A stretch of DNA of 64,000 nucleotides from an uncultured Phycisphaerales bacterium (GTDB lineage Bacteria > Planctomycetota > Phycisphaerae > Tepidisphaerales > Tepidisphaeraceae), in contig CAWBWQ010000001.1 of assembly GCA_963792535.1 (NCBI GenBank), forward strand, positions 448,001-512,000, read 5' to 3'. Of this stretch, positions 40,730 to 50,774 are shown piece after piece. The translations under genes and the position numbers were made by a program. Under the pieces are notes generated by a model. That model saw only the letters and a list, made by a program, of their open reading frames with translations, was not told the DNA's origin and did no database searches. Within the stretch, counting starts at the first letter, position 1; each line of letters starts with the position of its first letter.

Positions 40730-42607
40730 ATGATGCTCGTACTTTTTTTCATTGTCGGGGCTTTACTTGCCGTTGGAGCATGGTTCATACCGCATCTCCA
40801 AGCGTCGGCGCAAGCAGCCGTTTCCGTCGTCGGACTGATTGTGCTGATCCTGGTGTCGGTCGCCGCGGTGATTACAAAGCTCTATCGCAAGGCATCAGCG
40901 AATATGGCGTTTGTCCGCACGGGAATGGGCGGGGTTCGCGTGATCCAGGACGGGGGAACAATCGTGCTGCCGGTGGTTCACCAGATCATCCCTGTTTCGA
41001 TGGAGACCATGCGGTTGAATGTAGAGCGGCGCGGGACGCATGCGTTGATTACCAAGGATAATCTGCGCGTGGATCTGTCAGCCGAGTTTTATATTAAGGT
41101 GCATGCCAATAGCGATGACATCCTTCAGGCGGCCAGGTCGCTGGGGGCACGCAACGTGCAGCCCGATGCCGTGAGCGAACTGGTACAGGAAAAACTCGTC
41201 AGCGCGCTCCGCACGGTGGCGGCCACAAAAGAACTCGTGGAACTGCACGCCAAGCGCGACGAATTCGCCAGCGCCGTGCAGGCGATTGTGACACATGACC
41301 TTGCCAGCAACGGGTTAACACTGGAATCGGTAACGATCTCCTCGTTAGACCAAACCGACCCGAGTCAGTTGCAGGAACGAAACGTGTTCGACGCGCAGGG
41401 GCTTCGAAAAATCGCCGAGATCACGCAGCGCGCACGGGTCGAGCGAAATGAGATTGAACGCGAGGCGGAAAAGCAGGTGCAGGAAAAGAATGTATCGACC
41501 ACCAAGAAGGTGCTCGATCTTCAGCGTGATCAGGCCGAGTTCGAGGCAGAACAGAAGATGAAAGTTGCAAATGTCCGGGCGGCACGCGACCGCGAAGTGG
41601 CGGAATTTAAGCTGGTGCAGGATGAATCGGTAAGCCGGCGGGACATCGAAAAGCAGAAGAACATTGAAACCTCGGAAGTTGAACGAACGCTTGCGGTAGA
41701 GCAGGCCCAGGTTGCCAAGCAGATAGCGTTGATTGCCAAGATCCGCGAGCAACAGACTGCTGAAATCATGAAGAAGCAGACGGTGGAAGTTGCAGAGCGT
41801 AATAAGGAAGTTGCCGTAGCCGAGGCCGAGCGCGAACGCGCCAATGCCCAGGCGGAGGTGTTGACCGCCGAGGCAGCTCGCGAGTCAGCCAAGCAGAAGG
41901 TCATCACCGTGCAGGTGAGCAGTGAAGCCGACCGCGAGGCGCAGAAGAAATTGATCAGCGCTCAGCAGTTGATTACGGAGAACAAGATTCGCGAGGAAAC
42001 GCTCGCGGATGTGTCGGCCTACATGGCGGTGAAGAAGGCCGATGCCGAGAAGCAGGCCGCCGAGGCGATCTACATGGCCAAACTGCGGCTGGCGGAAGGC
42101 GACTCGCAGGCGGCGGTGAAACGGGCCGAGGGCGACAAGGCACTCCGCATGGTCGAGGTAAACGTGGAAAGGGAAAAGGTTGGAGTTGAACAGGCGCGGG
42201 TCGAAGTGGAGCGCCAGAGCCTCGCCAATCGAAGCGAATATGATGAAGCTGCTTTGAAGTTCGAATTGGAGAAGTTGCGGATCGATGCAGAGAAGGAAGT
42301 CCGCATTCAGGCGGCCCAGGCGATGGGCAATATGCTGAGCAAGGTGCAGATGCAGATCTTCGGCGATCCGGAAACGATGGCGAAGATGAGCAACCAGTTC
42401 ATGCGGGCCGCCAGCTTGGGGCAGGCGGTGGACGGGCTGATGAAATCGATGCCACCGGGCAGCCAGGAAGTGTTGACCAAATTGGCAAGTTCAGTCGCGA
42501 CCCAGTTGTCCCCCAAAGCCGCGGCCGCTGTAGCGGAGCATGCGAACGGTAATGGCGACGCGGTGCTGGCGGAAATCAAACCGGTAGAGAAGAAGAGTCG
42601 AACCTGA
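40730..42607 (+). CDS. Flotillin-family (SPFH) protein, YqiK-like
   Basis: AFVRTGMGG, LITKDNLRVD and NGLTLESVTISSLDQT SPFH motifs followed by a long AE-rich coiled coil. Confidence 0.92.
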   Translation: MMLVLFFIVGALLAVGAWFIPHLQASAQAAVSVVGLIVLILVSVAAVITKLYRKASANMAFVRTGMGGVRVIQDGGTIVLPVVHQIIPVSMETMRLNVERRGTHALITKDNLRVDLSAEFYIKVHANSDDILQAARSLGARNVQPDAVSELVQEKLVSALRTVAATKELVELHAKRDEFASAVQAIVTHDLASNGLTLESVTISSLDQTDPSQLQERNVFDAQGLRKIAEITQRARVERNEIEREAEKQVQEKNVSTTKKVLDLQRDQAEFEAEQKMKVANVRAARDREVAEFKLVQDESVSRRDIEKQKNIETSEVERTLAVEQAQVAKQIALIAKIREQQTAEIMKKQTVEVAERNKEVAVAEAERERANAQAEVLTAEAARESAKQKVITVQVSSEADREAQKKLISAQQLITENKIREETLADVSAYMAVKKADAEKQAAEAIYMAKLRLAEGDSQAAVKRAEGDKALRMVEVNVEREKVGVEQARVEVERQSLANRSEYDEAALKFELEKLRIDAEKEVRIQAAQAMGNMLSKVQMQIFGDPETMAKMSNQFMRAASLGQAVDGLMKSMPPGSQEVLTKLASSVATQLSPKAAAAVAEHANGNGDAVLAEIKPVEKKSRT

Positions 42608-42652
42608 CGGATGCGTTACTTGTTTCAAGGTGATGTTAAGCCGAGATGTCCT

Positions 42653-43063
42653 ATGGGTTGGAAAGAAGACCTCAATTACGGGTTGGCCGCGTTTGGCGTT
42701 CAGATTCCGGATGATGTGCCGGTGGATCGCTGGGCGGGAAAATTAGTGGGAGCGCCCGCGCGAAACACCGCCGCCGTGGTAGCCGCCAGCGCCGCGATTT
42801 TTTATGTCGCGGAGAGGGACCATAACCCGAAGGTCAATGATATCTGGGATGCCTTTGTGTATTGCTCGACCTGCCTCAGTGTCGGATATGGCGACATATT
42901 TGCCCGGACGCCCGTGGGGAAAATTTTGGGAACCACACTGATGACACTGGGGCCTGCTTTATCAGGGCAGGCCCTTGGCGGTGAATCTGAGGCTAAAGCG
43001 GAACGGCTGCAGGAAGAAGTTCTGGCAACGCTAAGGTCGATCCTCGAACGAATGCCGGTTTAA
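42653..43063 (+). CDS. Minimal KcsA-like potassium channel
   Basis: TM helix, pore helix DAFVYCSTCL, filter SVGYGD and TPVGK before the second TM. Confidence 0.85.
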   Translation: MGWKEDLNYGLAAFGVQIPDDVPVDRWAGKLVGAPARNTAAVVAASAAIFYVAERDHNPKVNDIWDAFVYCSTCLSVGYGDIFARTPVGKILGTTLMTLGPALSGQALGGESEAKAERLQEEVLATLRSILERMPV

Positions 43064-43120
43064 CTTCGGGCGGTGTCCCAGTGGATGGTTTCACAAGCAA
43101 GCGACGGTAGACTTGAAGCC

Positions 43121-43783
43121 ATGCACGATATGCTGGAGCATCCCAAGCAGCCTGTCACGGACAAGGATACCGGGCGGCTGGAGTCGTTCAGTGATGGTGT
43201 CTTTGCGGTGGCAATGACTCTGCTTGTCGTTAATCTGACGGTTCCCATGGGGCCGAACAATCACCCGCTTGCCGGTGCCGCTCAGTTGTGGAACGCGCTG
43301 GCGCAAAACTGGCCGTCCTATTTTGCATTTCTGACCAGCTTCGGCACGGTGCTGATCATGTGGATCAATCACCACAGCATCTTCAATTTGATTCGCCGCA
43401 CCGACGGAAACCTGCTTTTTGCCAACGGGTTTTTATTGCTCCTGGTTACTGTGGTACCGTTCCCCACGGCGTTGGTGGCTAACTACCTGCGTACGCCCGG
43501 CGCGACGGTGGCTTGCGTTGTCTACGCGGGGATATTTGTGTTGATCAGTATCAGCTACGGTTCCGTGCTGGTTTCGGCCCGGCGTGGAGGGCACATTTTA
43601 CCAGGGTCCAAGGATGAAGTGGACGAACGCATTCGCAACTGCTTTCGAGTTGGAACGCCACTTTATTCGCTTGCAACCGTAGCCGGTTTCTACAGCCCCT
43701 GGGTGAGCCTGGGTATTTGCTCAGCTCTCTGGATCTACTGGGCGGTGGTGGGAGTAAACGGCGGGCGGGCTTTCACAGCTTAG
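43121..43783 (+). CDS. TMEM175-family potassium channel
   Basis: RLESFSDGVFAVAMTLLV signature, WINHH and VPFPT. Confidence 0.92.
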   Translation: MHDMLEHPKQPVTDKDTGRLESFSDGVFAVAMTLLVVNLTVPMGPNNHPLAGAAQLWNALAQNWPSYFAFLTSFGTVLIMWINHHSIFNLIRRTDGNLLFANGFLLLLVTVVPFPTALVANYLRTPGATVACVVYAGIFVLISISYGSVLVSARRGGHILPGSKDEVDERIRNCFRVGTPLYSLATVAGFYSPWVSLGICSALWIYWAVVGVNGGRAFTA

Positions 43784-43894
43784 GCTCGGCAGACGAAGAT
43801 CCCAGCATCCGCGATCTGCGCGTAGGAGTCAAAGAGGCCCTTCGAGCGAGACTGTACGACGTATCGGGTCGATCGGTTGGTGCTGACGCGATGC

Positions 43895-43938
43895 AAAAAA
43901 ACCGACCCCCGGCAGAACCGGGGGTCGAGCTTGTTTTT
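43895..43938. terminator. Bidirectional intrinsic terminator between TMEM175 and pnp
   Basis: 10-bp stem CGACCCCCGG-CAGAA-CCGGGGGTCG with an A-run upstream and a T-run downstream, between convergent genes. Confidence 0.8.
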
Positions 43939-43975
43939 ATCGGAATCCGCAGGCGCCATTGACGCCACGAGGCTG

Positions 43976-46222
43976 TTAATCGCGGCGTGGACCACGTGAA
44001 CCACCGCCGCGGGGTCCTCGGTCATCTCTTCGGGGACCTCGATCATCGCGCTGACTACCACCGCCGCCAGCGGGAGCGCCAGCCGGCTCGGGGTCGCTTT
44101 CGCCGAGTTCAAGCATGGCGGCCTTGCGGCTTAACTTGATGCGGCCCTGGTCATCAATCAAGAGCACCTTGACCTTAATTTCCTGGCCGACCTCCACGAT
44201 GTTTTCGACGCGGTCGACATATTTGTCGCTCAGTTCTGAGACATGGCAAAGTCCGTCAGTATCAGGAGCGATTTCAACAAACGCGCCGAAATCCTTGATG
44301 CTTACCACGCGACCGCCGTAGATCTTGCCGACCTTCACCTCAGCGGTCATCGCCTCGATGATGTCGCGGCAACGCTCGGCACCTGCGCTGTCGGTGCTGC
44401 TGATATACACAGTACCGTCGTCTTCGATATCGACGTTCGCGCCGGTATCGGCCTGCAGGGCCTTGATGTTTTTGCCGCCTGGACCAATGAGCTTGCCGAT
44501 CTTCTCCGGGTCGATCTTTACTGTCAGCAGGCGCGGGGCCCACTGGCTGATCGTCGGGCGAGGGGCCGGCAGGGTCTTTTCCATGATATCCAGGATCTTG
44601 TTCCGGGCATCTTTGGCGCGGTGCAGAGTGTCGCGGATGATACGATAGTCTATCCCTTCGATTTTGATGTCGAGTTGGATAGCGGTGATGCCGTCGCGGG
44701 TTCCGCAAACCTTAAAGTCCATGTCACCGAAATGATCCTCTTCACCGATGATGTCGGTGAGAAGCTCGGTTCGGTCGCCTTCTTTGACAAGTCCAATACT
44801 GATGCCGGCAACCAGCTTGGTGATAGGCACGCCGGCATCCATTAAAGCCAGGCACCCGCCGCAGCTGCTGGCCATCGAACTGGAACCGTTGGATTCCAGG
44901 ATGTCGCTGATGACTTGAACGGTGTAAGGAAACACATCCACGCCTGGCAGAACCGCAATCAGGCTGCGTTCGGCCAATGCACCATGGCCAATCTCCCGAC
45001 GGCCCGGGCCACGGATAGGACGAACTTCACCCACGCTGTAGCTGGGGAAATTATAGTGCAGCATGAACTTCTGGCTGTACTCCTGGATCAGTCCGTCCAC
45101 CATCTGTTCATCACCGCTTGTACCCAGGGTGACTGTGCACATCGCCTGGGTTTCACCGCGGGTGAACACGGCCGATCCGTGCACGCGGGGCAGGATACCA
45201 ACGCTGCAACTGATGGGGCGGATATCGCCAAAACCGCGACCGTCCGGACGAACTCCGCCGAGGATCGCCTCGCGAGTCGCGTGCTCTTCCACTTCTCCAA
45301 AGACCTGGCGAATCTGCTTGATCTTGTCCTTATGAGCGGTGATGGCCGAGTAAGAAGCGTGCGGGTCCAGGGCGGTTGGCGAAGGCGCGATTTCCTGAAT
45401 CAGGTCGCCGAGGATTTTCTTGGTGGCTTCAGATCGATCGGACTTGCCGGCGATGCCTTTGACGTCCCGGATCTTCTGGCTGATCTTCGACTTGATCTCC
45501 TGCACCAGAGCGGGATCGGCGAGCTTTGCTTCGCCGACCTTGGCATGTCCGGCTTTCTTCTGCAGTTCTTCGATTGCGCTCACGATTTCGACCACAGCTT
45601 TGTGACCGAATTCGATTGCGTCGGCCGCTTCGTCTTCCTTGAGTTCGCGCGATCCGATTTCAATCATGTTCACGGCGTTTTTCGTGCCGGCGACGACCAG
45701 ATCAAAATCGCTGTATTCCAGCTGTTCGACGGTCGGGAACAGGATCAGTTCACCGTTGACCCGCCCCACGCGGGCGTGCGCGGTGGCGAACAGGAACGGG
45801 ATGTCGCTAATGACCAGAGCGGCGCTGGCGGCGACGCCGGCAAACACATCCGGATCGTTTTCACCGTCAAAGGCAAGTACATTCAGATGAATCTGCACTT
45901 CGTCAATGAATCCTTTTGGAAACAGCGGACGCAGTGGACGATCGATCAGGCGGGCGGTGAGAATTTCCTTGGTGGTGGGGCGTCCCTCGCGCTTGAGAAA
46001 CCCGCCGGGAAATTTGCCGGCTGCTGCTCGACGTTCACGGTAATCCACCTGCAGTGGGAAGAAATCAATATTCTCCCGCGGATTGGCTCGCACCACCGCG
46101 GCAAAAACGACCGTCTGGCCGTACTGCACGGTGACAGATCCGTCGGAAAGTTTTGCAAAAGTGCCTGTTTCGATGGAGAGAGTACGGCCGCCGATCTGGC
46201 GTTCAACGCGAATCGCTTGCAT
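43976..46222 (-). CDS. pnp: Polyribonucleotide nucleotidyltransferase (PNPase)
   Basis: DFFPLQVDY, RLIDRPLRPLF, RREIGHG, SNGSSSMAS and GDMDFKV motifs, plus KH and S1 domains. Confidence 0.99.
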   Translation of the reverse strand: MQAIRVERQIGGRTLSIETGTFAKLSDGSVTVQYGQTVVFAAVVRANPRENIDFFPLQVDYRERRAAAGKFPGGFLKREGRPTTKEILTARLIDRPLRPLFPKGFIDEVQIHLNVLAFDGENDPDVFAGVAASAALVISDIPFLFATAHARVGRVNGELILFPTVEQLEYSDFDLVVAGTKNAVNMIEIGSRELKEDEAADAIEFGHKAVVEIVSAIEELQKKAGHAKVGEAKLADPALVQEIKSKISQKIRDVKGIAGKSDRSEATKKILGDLIQEIAPSPTALDPHASYSAITAHKDKIKQIRQVFGEVEEHATREAILGGVRPDGRGFGDIRPISCSVGILPRVHGSAVFTRGETQAMCTVTLGTSGDEQMVDGLIQEYSQKFMLHYNFPSYSVGEVRPIRGPGRREIGHGALAERSLIAVLPGVDVFPYTVQVISDILESNGSSSMASSCGGCLALMDAGVPITKLVAGISIGLVKEGDRTELLTDIIGEEDHFGDMDFKVCGTRDGITAIQLDIKIEGIDYRIIRDTLHRAKDARNKILDIMEKTLPAPRPTISQWAPRLLTVKIDPEKIGKLIGPGGKNIKALQADTGANVDIEDDGTVYISSTDSAGAERCRDIIEAMTAEVKVGKIYGGRVVSIKDFGAFVEIAPDTDGLCHVSELSDKYVDRVENIVEVGQEIKVKVLLIDDQGRIKLSRKAAMLELGESDPEPAGAPAGGGGSQRDDRGPRRDDRGPRGGGSRGPRRD

Positions 46223-46253
46223 GAGATCTATCCTTGATGGCCCCGGGAAAAGT

Positions 46254-46339
46254 GAGGATTGAGGATAGAAGATAGAGGATCGCAAATGCCGCGGCGCGTC
46301 TGAAATCCTCTATCTTCGATCCTCTATCCTCGATTCTCT
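46254..46339. repeat. Second palindromic heptamer-repeat element (GAGGATN / ATCCTCN) in the pnp leader
   Basis: GAGGATT GAGGATA GAAGATA GAGGATC, 23-nt spacer, ATCCTCT ATCTTCG ATCCTCT ATCCTCG ATTCTCT. Confidence 0.85.
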
Positions 46340-46413
46340 AAAGTCCTGGCAACCGGATGCACATCGGGCACAACTTGGGGCTTGTAGAAGGTGTGCGACG
46401 GAATCCGGTGGGT

Positions 46414-46447
46414 AAACAAAATCGGGGCACGCACACGCGTGCCCCGA
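46414..46447 (-). terminator. Intrinsic terminator after rpsO
   Basis: 11-bp stem TCGGGGCACGC-ACAC-GCGTGCCCCGA followed by a U-rich tract on the minus strand. Confidence 0.75.
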
Positions 46448-46458
46448 AGGGTTTTGAA

Positions 46459-46728
46459 TTATTTTCGAAGCCCGAGGCGTCCAATGATCTGTTGATATCG
46501 CGTCCGATCCTCACGGGTCAGATATTTCAACAGGCTGTTTCTCTTGCTGACCATCTTCAGCAACCCGCGGCGCGAAGAGTGGTCCTTTTTATGCGTTCGC
46601 AGATGCTCGGTCAGTTCAACGATTCGCTTGGTGAGCAGTGCGATTTGCACTTCCGGCGAACCAGTGTCCTTTTCGTGGATTTTATAATCAGTAAGAACCT
46701 GCGTTTTTGCTTCAGCGGTCATCGACAT
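46459..46728 (-). CDS. rpsO: 30S ribosomal protein S15
   Basis: [13 protein letters not shown]...[15 protein letters not shown]...LGLRK. Confidence 0.99.
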   Translation of the reverse strand: MSMTAEAKTQVLTDYKIHEKDTGSPEVQIALLTKRIVELTEHLRTHKKDHSSRRGLLKMVSKRNSLLKYLTREDRTRYQQIIGRLGLRK

Positions 46729-47039
46729 AATGGAAACTCCCAGAGACACCAGGCGGCTAGCTGTTAGACAAAACAGCCGGCACAGCCGGTCAGCGACAAT
46801 ATCCAGCCCGCAACATGCAAAGCCTTTGGAGTCGCGGCGAGGAAGGATACGGGGTCAGGCAAGCGGAAGCAAGCGGATCGCGTCAAATCATGGGCCGCGC
46901 GGACCGGCGAACATGTCGATTGATTAGAGCACAAAATAGTTGGCGCTGAGCGGATAAAGTCGGTAGACTCATCTGAGTTGATGCATGTCGATCGGGAGGC
47001 GTTGCCTTCTGACCAATTCATTTCAAGTGACGAGGACAT

Positions 47040-48215
47040 ATGAAGTCAGCAAGATTGATGGTGGCGGCACTTTTGGTGGCTGGAATGATGACGGCTTCGG
47101 TCCGGGCGGATGACCCGGTTGCAGCACCACCGGCGGCGCCGGCACCGGCCAGCGCGCCGGCTAAACCGGGCGTGACTTTGGTCAATATTCATATGGATAA
47201 GGCCATGCCGCAGGACGTGTTTGACGAGTTGGGGAAGCAAAGCGGAGTGAAGTTCTCGACAAACGGAAATCTGTGGGAGCAGGAGTCGATGTCGGCGGAA
47301 AACGATATCGATCTGACCAATCGCCCATTCTGGTCCGCGGTCAACCAGGTATGCGGGTTGTGGAATATCACACCGCAGATGAATTACGGAATGAATAACG
47401 GCTCAAAACGAATCATGCTGCAGCAGGTTTACGGCAATAACGCCCCGACCGGCGAAGGGCAGAAGAGCAAGGTGCCCACCTTTGAAAGCGAAGGATTTGT
47501 GGTTCAGGCGGTTTCGTTTAATCGCCAGCAGTCGATCAACTACGCTGCACGGGAACAATCGCAGAATTTCTGTTCTTTACAGCTGATGGTTTTCGTTGAT
47601 CCCTCGCTGCATCTGCTGAGTTTCAATCAATCGGCCCGGGCGACTGAGGCGGTGGATGATGCGGGCAATTCGATGGTGCCCGATCAGCGAAATAATAGTT
47701 TCTATGGAGGCAGTGGGCAGTCGTCCCTGATCTACAGCATCACAGTGCCGTTGAAATTTCCCGATGCACCCGGCAAGAAAATATCGCGCCTCAAATGCGT
47801 TCTCGCCATGCGCGGCAGCGACAGTGTGGATACAATGACCGTTGATAAGCCGCTTGAAGCTCCGGAAAGTACGAAAGCGTTTGGCGATATCAGCGTGACC
47901 TTCCATTCAATTAAAAAATCTTCCAATGGATATGAATTGAAGATTGGTGTCACCAATGACGGCGATAATCAAGGCGGAAATAACTTTTGGAATATGATCC
48001 AGAGCGCGCAGTTGCTCGACGAGAAGGGCAGAGCCTATTCGTACAGCGGCGGAGGCGGCGGTGGCGGGAACGAGATGCTGGAGTATACCGTAAACTACAG
48101 CAATAACGGTGGGGACGAGAGCGCTGGCGCACCTGTCAAATGGGTGTTCTCCATGCCTACTAAGACGCACGCGATAAAGCTGCCGATCGAGTTCACGGAT
48201 TTGAAATTACCGTGA
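47040..48215 (+). CDS. Hypothetical secreted protein (STN-like N-domain plus beta-sandwich repeats)
   Basis: Signal peptide ending VRA-DD; VFDELGKQSG...PFWSAVNQVC; repeated A/L-x-DD/DE-x-G motifs. Confidence 0.75.
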   Translation: MKSARLMVAALLVAGMMTASVRADDPVAAPPAAPAPASAPAKPGVTLVNIHMDKAMPQDVFDELGKQSGVKFSTNGNLWEQESMSAENDIDLTNRPFWSAVNQVCGLWNITPQMNYGMNNGSKRIMLQQVYGNNAPTGEGQKSKVPTFESEGFVVQAVSFNRQQSINYAAREQSQNFCSLQLMVFVDPSLHLLSFNQSARATEAVDDAGNSMVPDQRNNSFYGGSGQSSLIYSITVPLKFPDAPGKKISRLKCVLAMRGSDSVDTMTVDKPLEAPESTKAFGDISVTFHSIKKSSNGYELKIGVTNDGDNQGGNNFWNMIQSAQLLDEKGRAYSYSGGGGGGGNEMLEYTVNYSNNGGDESAGAPVKWVFSMPTKTHAIKLPIEFTDLKLP

Positions 48216-48228
48216 CGCGCGGGCGAGT

Positions 48229-49422
48229 TCACTCGGCGTTGATCGAAACTGGAACCGTTGCCTCGGCAACATGATTGGCGTTCTCGTCTTTGATTGAGAC
48301 CTTCAGCAGATATCGCCCGACGGTGAGGTTGGCAGGCAGGCGGATAACATTGTAGGCAAAAAAGTCGTGTCGGCGGTTGCGGCATTCATCGGTGACCTTT
48401 CTCGCGGTATCGCTCCACGCGAGCATTCCCGAATCGGTATAGACCGCTACCTGTTCGGAGAAGTTAGTCTCCCACATCTGGGCGGAAGTGCGCTTGGTGA
48501 GGAAGTTCTCTACTTCGCAGTAAACAATCGCGGCGTTTTCCCGGCCAGCGGGAAAGGTGGCGGGCGAAATGGGATCGTATTTTCCAAACCCGTCCACGCG
48601 CCGGCACAGGGCGATGGTGGAGACAGTCAGGTCCGCCTGCGACCGCAGACGGTCGGCCATTTCCAGAAGTGGTTTGATTTTTTGTGCCGCCAGCAGGTTC
48701 CCATTCTCGCGGACTGTGGATCGGAAATTGTTGAGGCCATCCACCAGGGCTGAAACGAGTTCGCGATCATCGCTTGGCAGCGCGGAAACCGCCGCGAGCT
48801 CGGCAGTGGGATCGTCGCTGAGAAGCGCGTACAGTTGCACGTCAAGTTGGTCGGCGATGTCCTGAGGGTTCTGGTTCAGACGCTTTCGCAGCCGCTCGCC
48901 CAGCGGATCCGCCTTGTTGCCTGACATCGACGAAATTGATTGAAAGTCAGCGGATTCAGGCAAGATCTGCGGACCGTCGCCTGCAGGACTTGATCGCGCT
49001 GAAGCCAAAACGGCTGCGCCGGCACCAGAGGATGTGGCGTCCGCTGGCACTACGGCTGGTGCAACGGCTGGGGCCACGGGTGGGGCTGTCAACGTGCGGA
49101 CGATGTCAGAAGGTGTCTGGCGGACGGGCGTTTGTGCGAACCGGACTGATGCAGGGTCCGCGCCCACCGCCGCCACAGGCGGGGAGTTATCGGCGGTTTG
49201 CATGGTTTTGGCGTAATCCGCAGCCTTTGTTGCCAATAGATCAGACGCGCTGGGACCTGCAGCCGCTTCCCACTTGGGGCTCTCTTCGATCGGTTGGGTC
49301 GCGGCGGGGGGGACCTGGACTTTCACAGAATGGACTCGGGAAACCGACGATTTGTTTGCCGCCGGCCCCGCACAGCCCGCCAGCAGTACCAGACTCAGCC
49401 CCACATATCGACTTTTTCTCAT
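48229..49422 (-). CDS. Hypothetical lipoprotein
   Basis: Lipobox LLAGC, Pro/Ala-rich linker and a C-terminal Ig-like beta domain. Confidence 0.75.
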   Translation of the reverse strand: MRKSRYVGLSLVLLAGCAGPAANKSSVSRVHSVKVQVPPAATQPIEESPKWEAAAGPSASDLLATKAADYAKTMQTADNSPPVAAVGADPASVRFAQTPVRQTPSDIVRTLTAPPVAPAVAPAVVPADATSSGAGAAVLASARSSPAGDGPQILPESADFQSISSMSGNKADPLGERLRKRLNQNPQDIADQLDVQLYALLSDDPTAELAAVSALPSDDRELVSALVDGLNNFRSTVRENGNLLAAQKIKPLLEMADRLRSQADLTVSTIALCRRVDGFGKYDPISPATFPAGRENAAIVYCEVENFLTKRTSAQMWETNFSEQVAVYTDSGMLAWSDTARKVTDECRNRRHDFFAYNVIRLPANLTVGRYLLKVSIKDENANHVAEATVPVSINAE

Positions 49423-49636
49423 AGCCCATCCTTGGATTTGTGACTTTCATCATCCTGACGAAAGTTTGCCATCGAAAACTATAACGCATGCAGGTGAAGG
49501 ATCAAGAAGTATTGATATTGAATCAACCGGGTACCTGTATTTCGTCGTCAAGAACACCGGCGGCGGATTTAGCACCGCACCGAATGCGAATTGATTGACA
49601 GTTTCGACTATACTTTTTCCTCTTTTGGAGATTGTA

Positions 49637-50706
49637 ATGCCCGTGCAGGAAGAACAAGTGTTGGCCGCTTTGCGGACCGTGAAGGACCCGGAGATTTTCA
49701 AGGATATTGTCGTCCTGGGTCGCGTAAAGGAATTCCAGATCGACGATACCACCGTGCGTTTACGTATGGACCATGGCAACGCGACGGGACCTACTCGCGA
49801 CAAGATCGAGCAAGGTGTCAAGGAGGCCCTGCGTAATATCGGCGCTGAGACAGTAGAGATTCAGAACGTGGGTGCCCCCGCACCGGCGGCGGCTGCCCGC
49901 AGTTCGGCTTTGCCACAGGTGAAACATGTTATCGCGGTTGGTGCGGGGAAGGGCGGGGTAGGTAAATCAACTCTGGCGTTGAACCTGGCGATCGGTCTTC
50001 GTAGAACCGGCTTGAACGTCGGCATCATGGACGGCGACATTTATGGCCCAAGTATGCCCACGATGCTGGGGATCAAGGGATTGGAACCGCAGGTTTATCA
50101 GGGGAAGATTCTTCCTTTTGTGGTGCATGGGTTACATGCAATTACAATCGGCGCGTTGGTGGAGCAGGACAAACCGTTGATTTGCGCGGGCCAATGGCTC
50201 ATGGCGCGTTCAAGCAGTTGCTGGTGGACAACACGCAGTGGCCGGCGCTCGACTATTTAATTGTCGATCTCCCGCCCGGTACTGGCGATGTTCCGTTGAC
50301 GTTGTGTCAGTTATTGCCATTAACTGGCGCGGTGATTGTAGCGACACCGCAGCAGGTGGCACTGGACGATGCGGTGCGCACGGTGAAGATGTTTCAGCAG
50401 TTGGAAGCGCCTGTGCTGGGGTTAATTGAGAATATGAGCTATATCCCGTTGCCGGACGGGACGATCATGGATCTGTTTGGTCAGGGCGGGACAGAGAAAT
50501 GTGCACAGTCGCTGGGCTTGCCTTATCTGGGAGCGGTTCCAATGTTCACCGAACTTCGCCAGAACAGCGATGCCGGTACGCCGGAGAGAAACTACGAAGG
50601 AACCCCCGCTTTGCGAACAGCGTTGGAAACGATAGTTACTAATCTGGTGGACCAGGTAACCAAGCGAAGCTTGAGCGATGTGGTACCGCAGTTAACAATC
50701 CGATGA
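49637..50706 (+). CDS. mrp: Mrp/NBP35 Fe-S cluster carrier ATPase (frameshift near 50182)
   Basis: VKDPEIFKDIV (DUF59-like), GKGGVGKST, DGDIYGPS, DLPPGTGD, TPQ and ENMS motifs; the conserved IWRGP is broken by a missing base. Confidence 0.93.
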
Positions 50707-50774
50707 CCCCCGAGGGCCATCCGTATGCGGCGGCATTCAGAGAATCGCCGGGGCTATAAGCTGGAACAAAGTTA

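Noticed and set aside
44915..46237. Long antisense ORFs (also 26766-27878, 14461-15348, 19192-20004, 54564-55244)
   Set aside because: Shadow frames opposite well-supported genes in GC-rich DNA, with no recognisable motifs.
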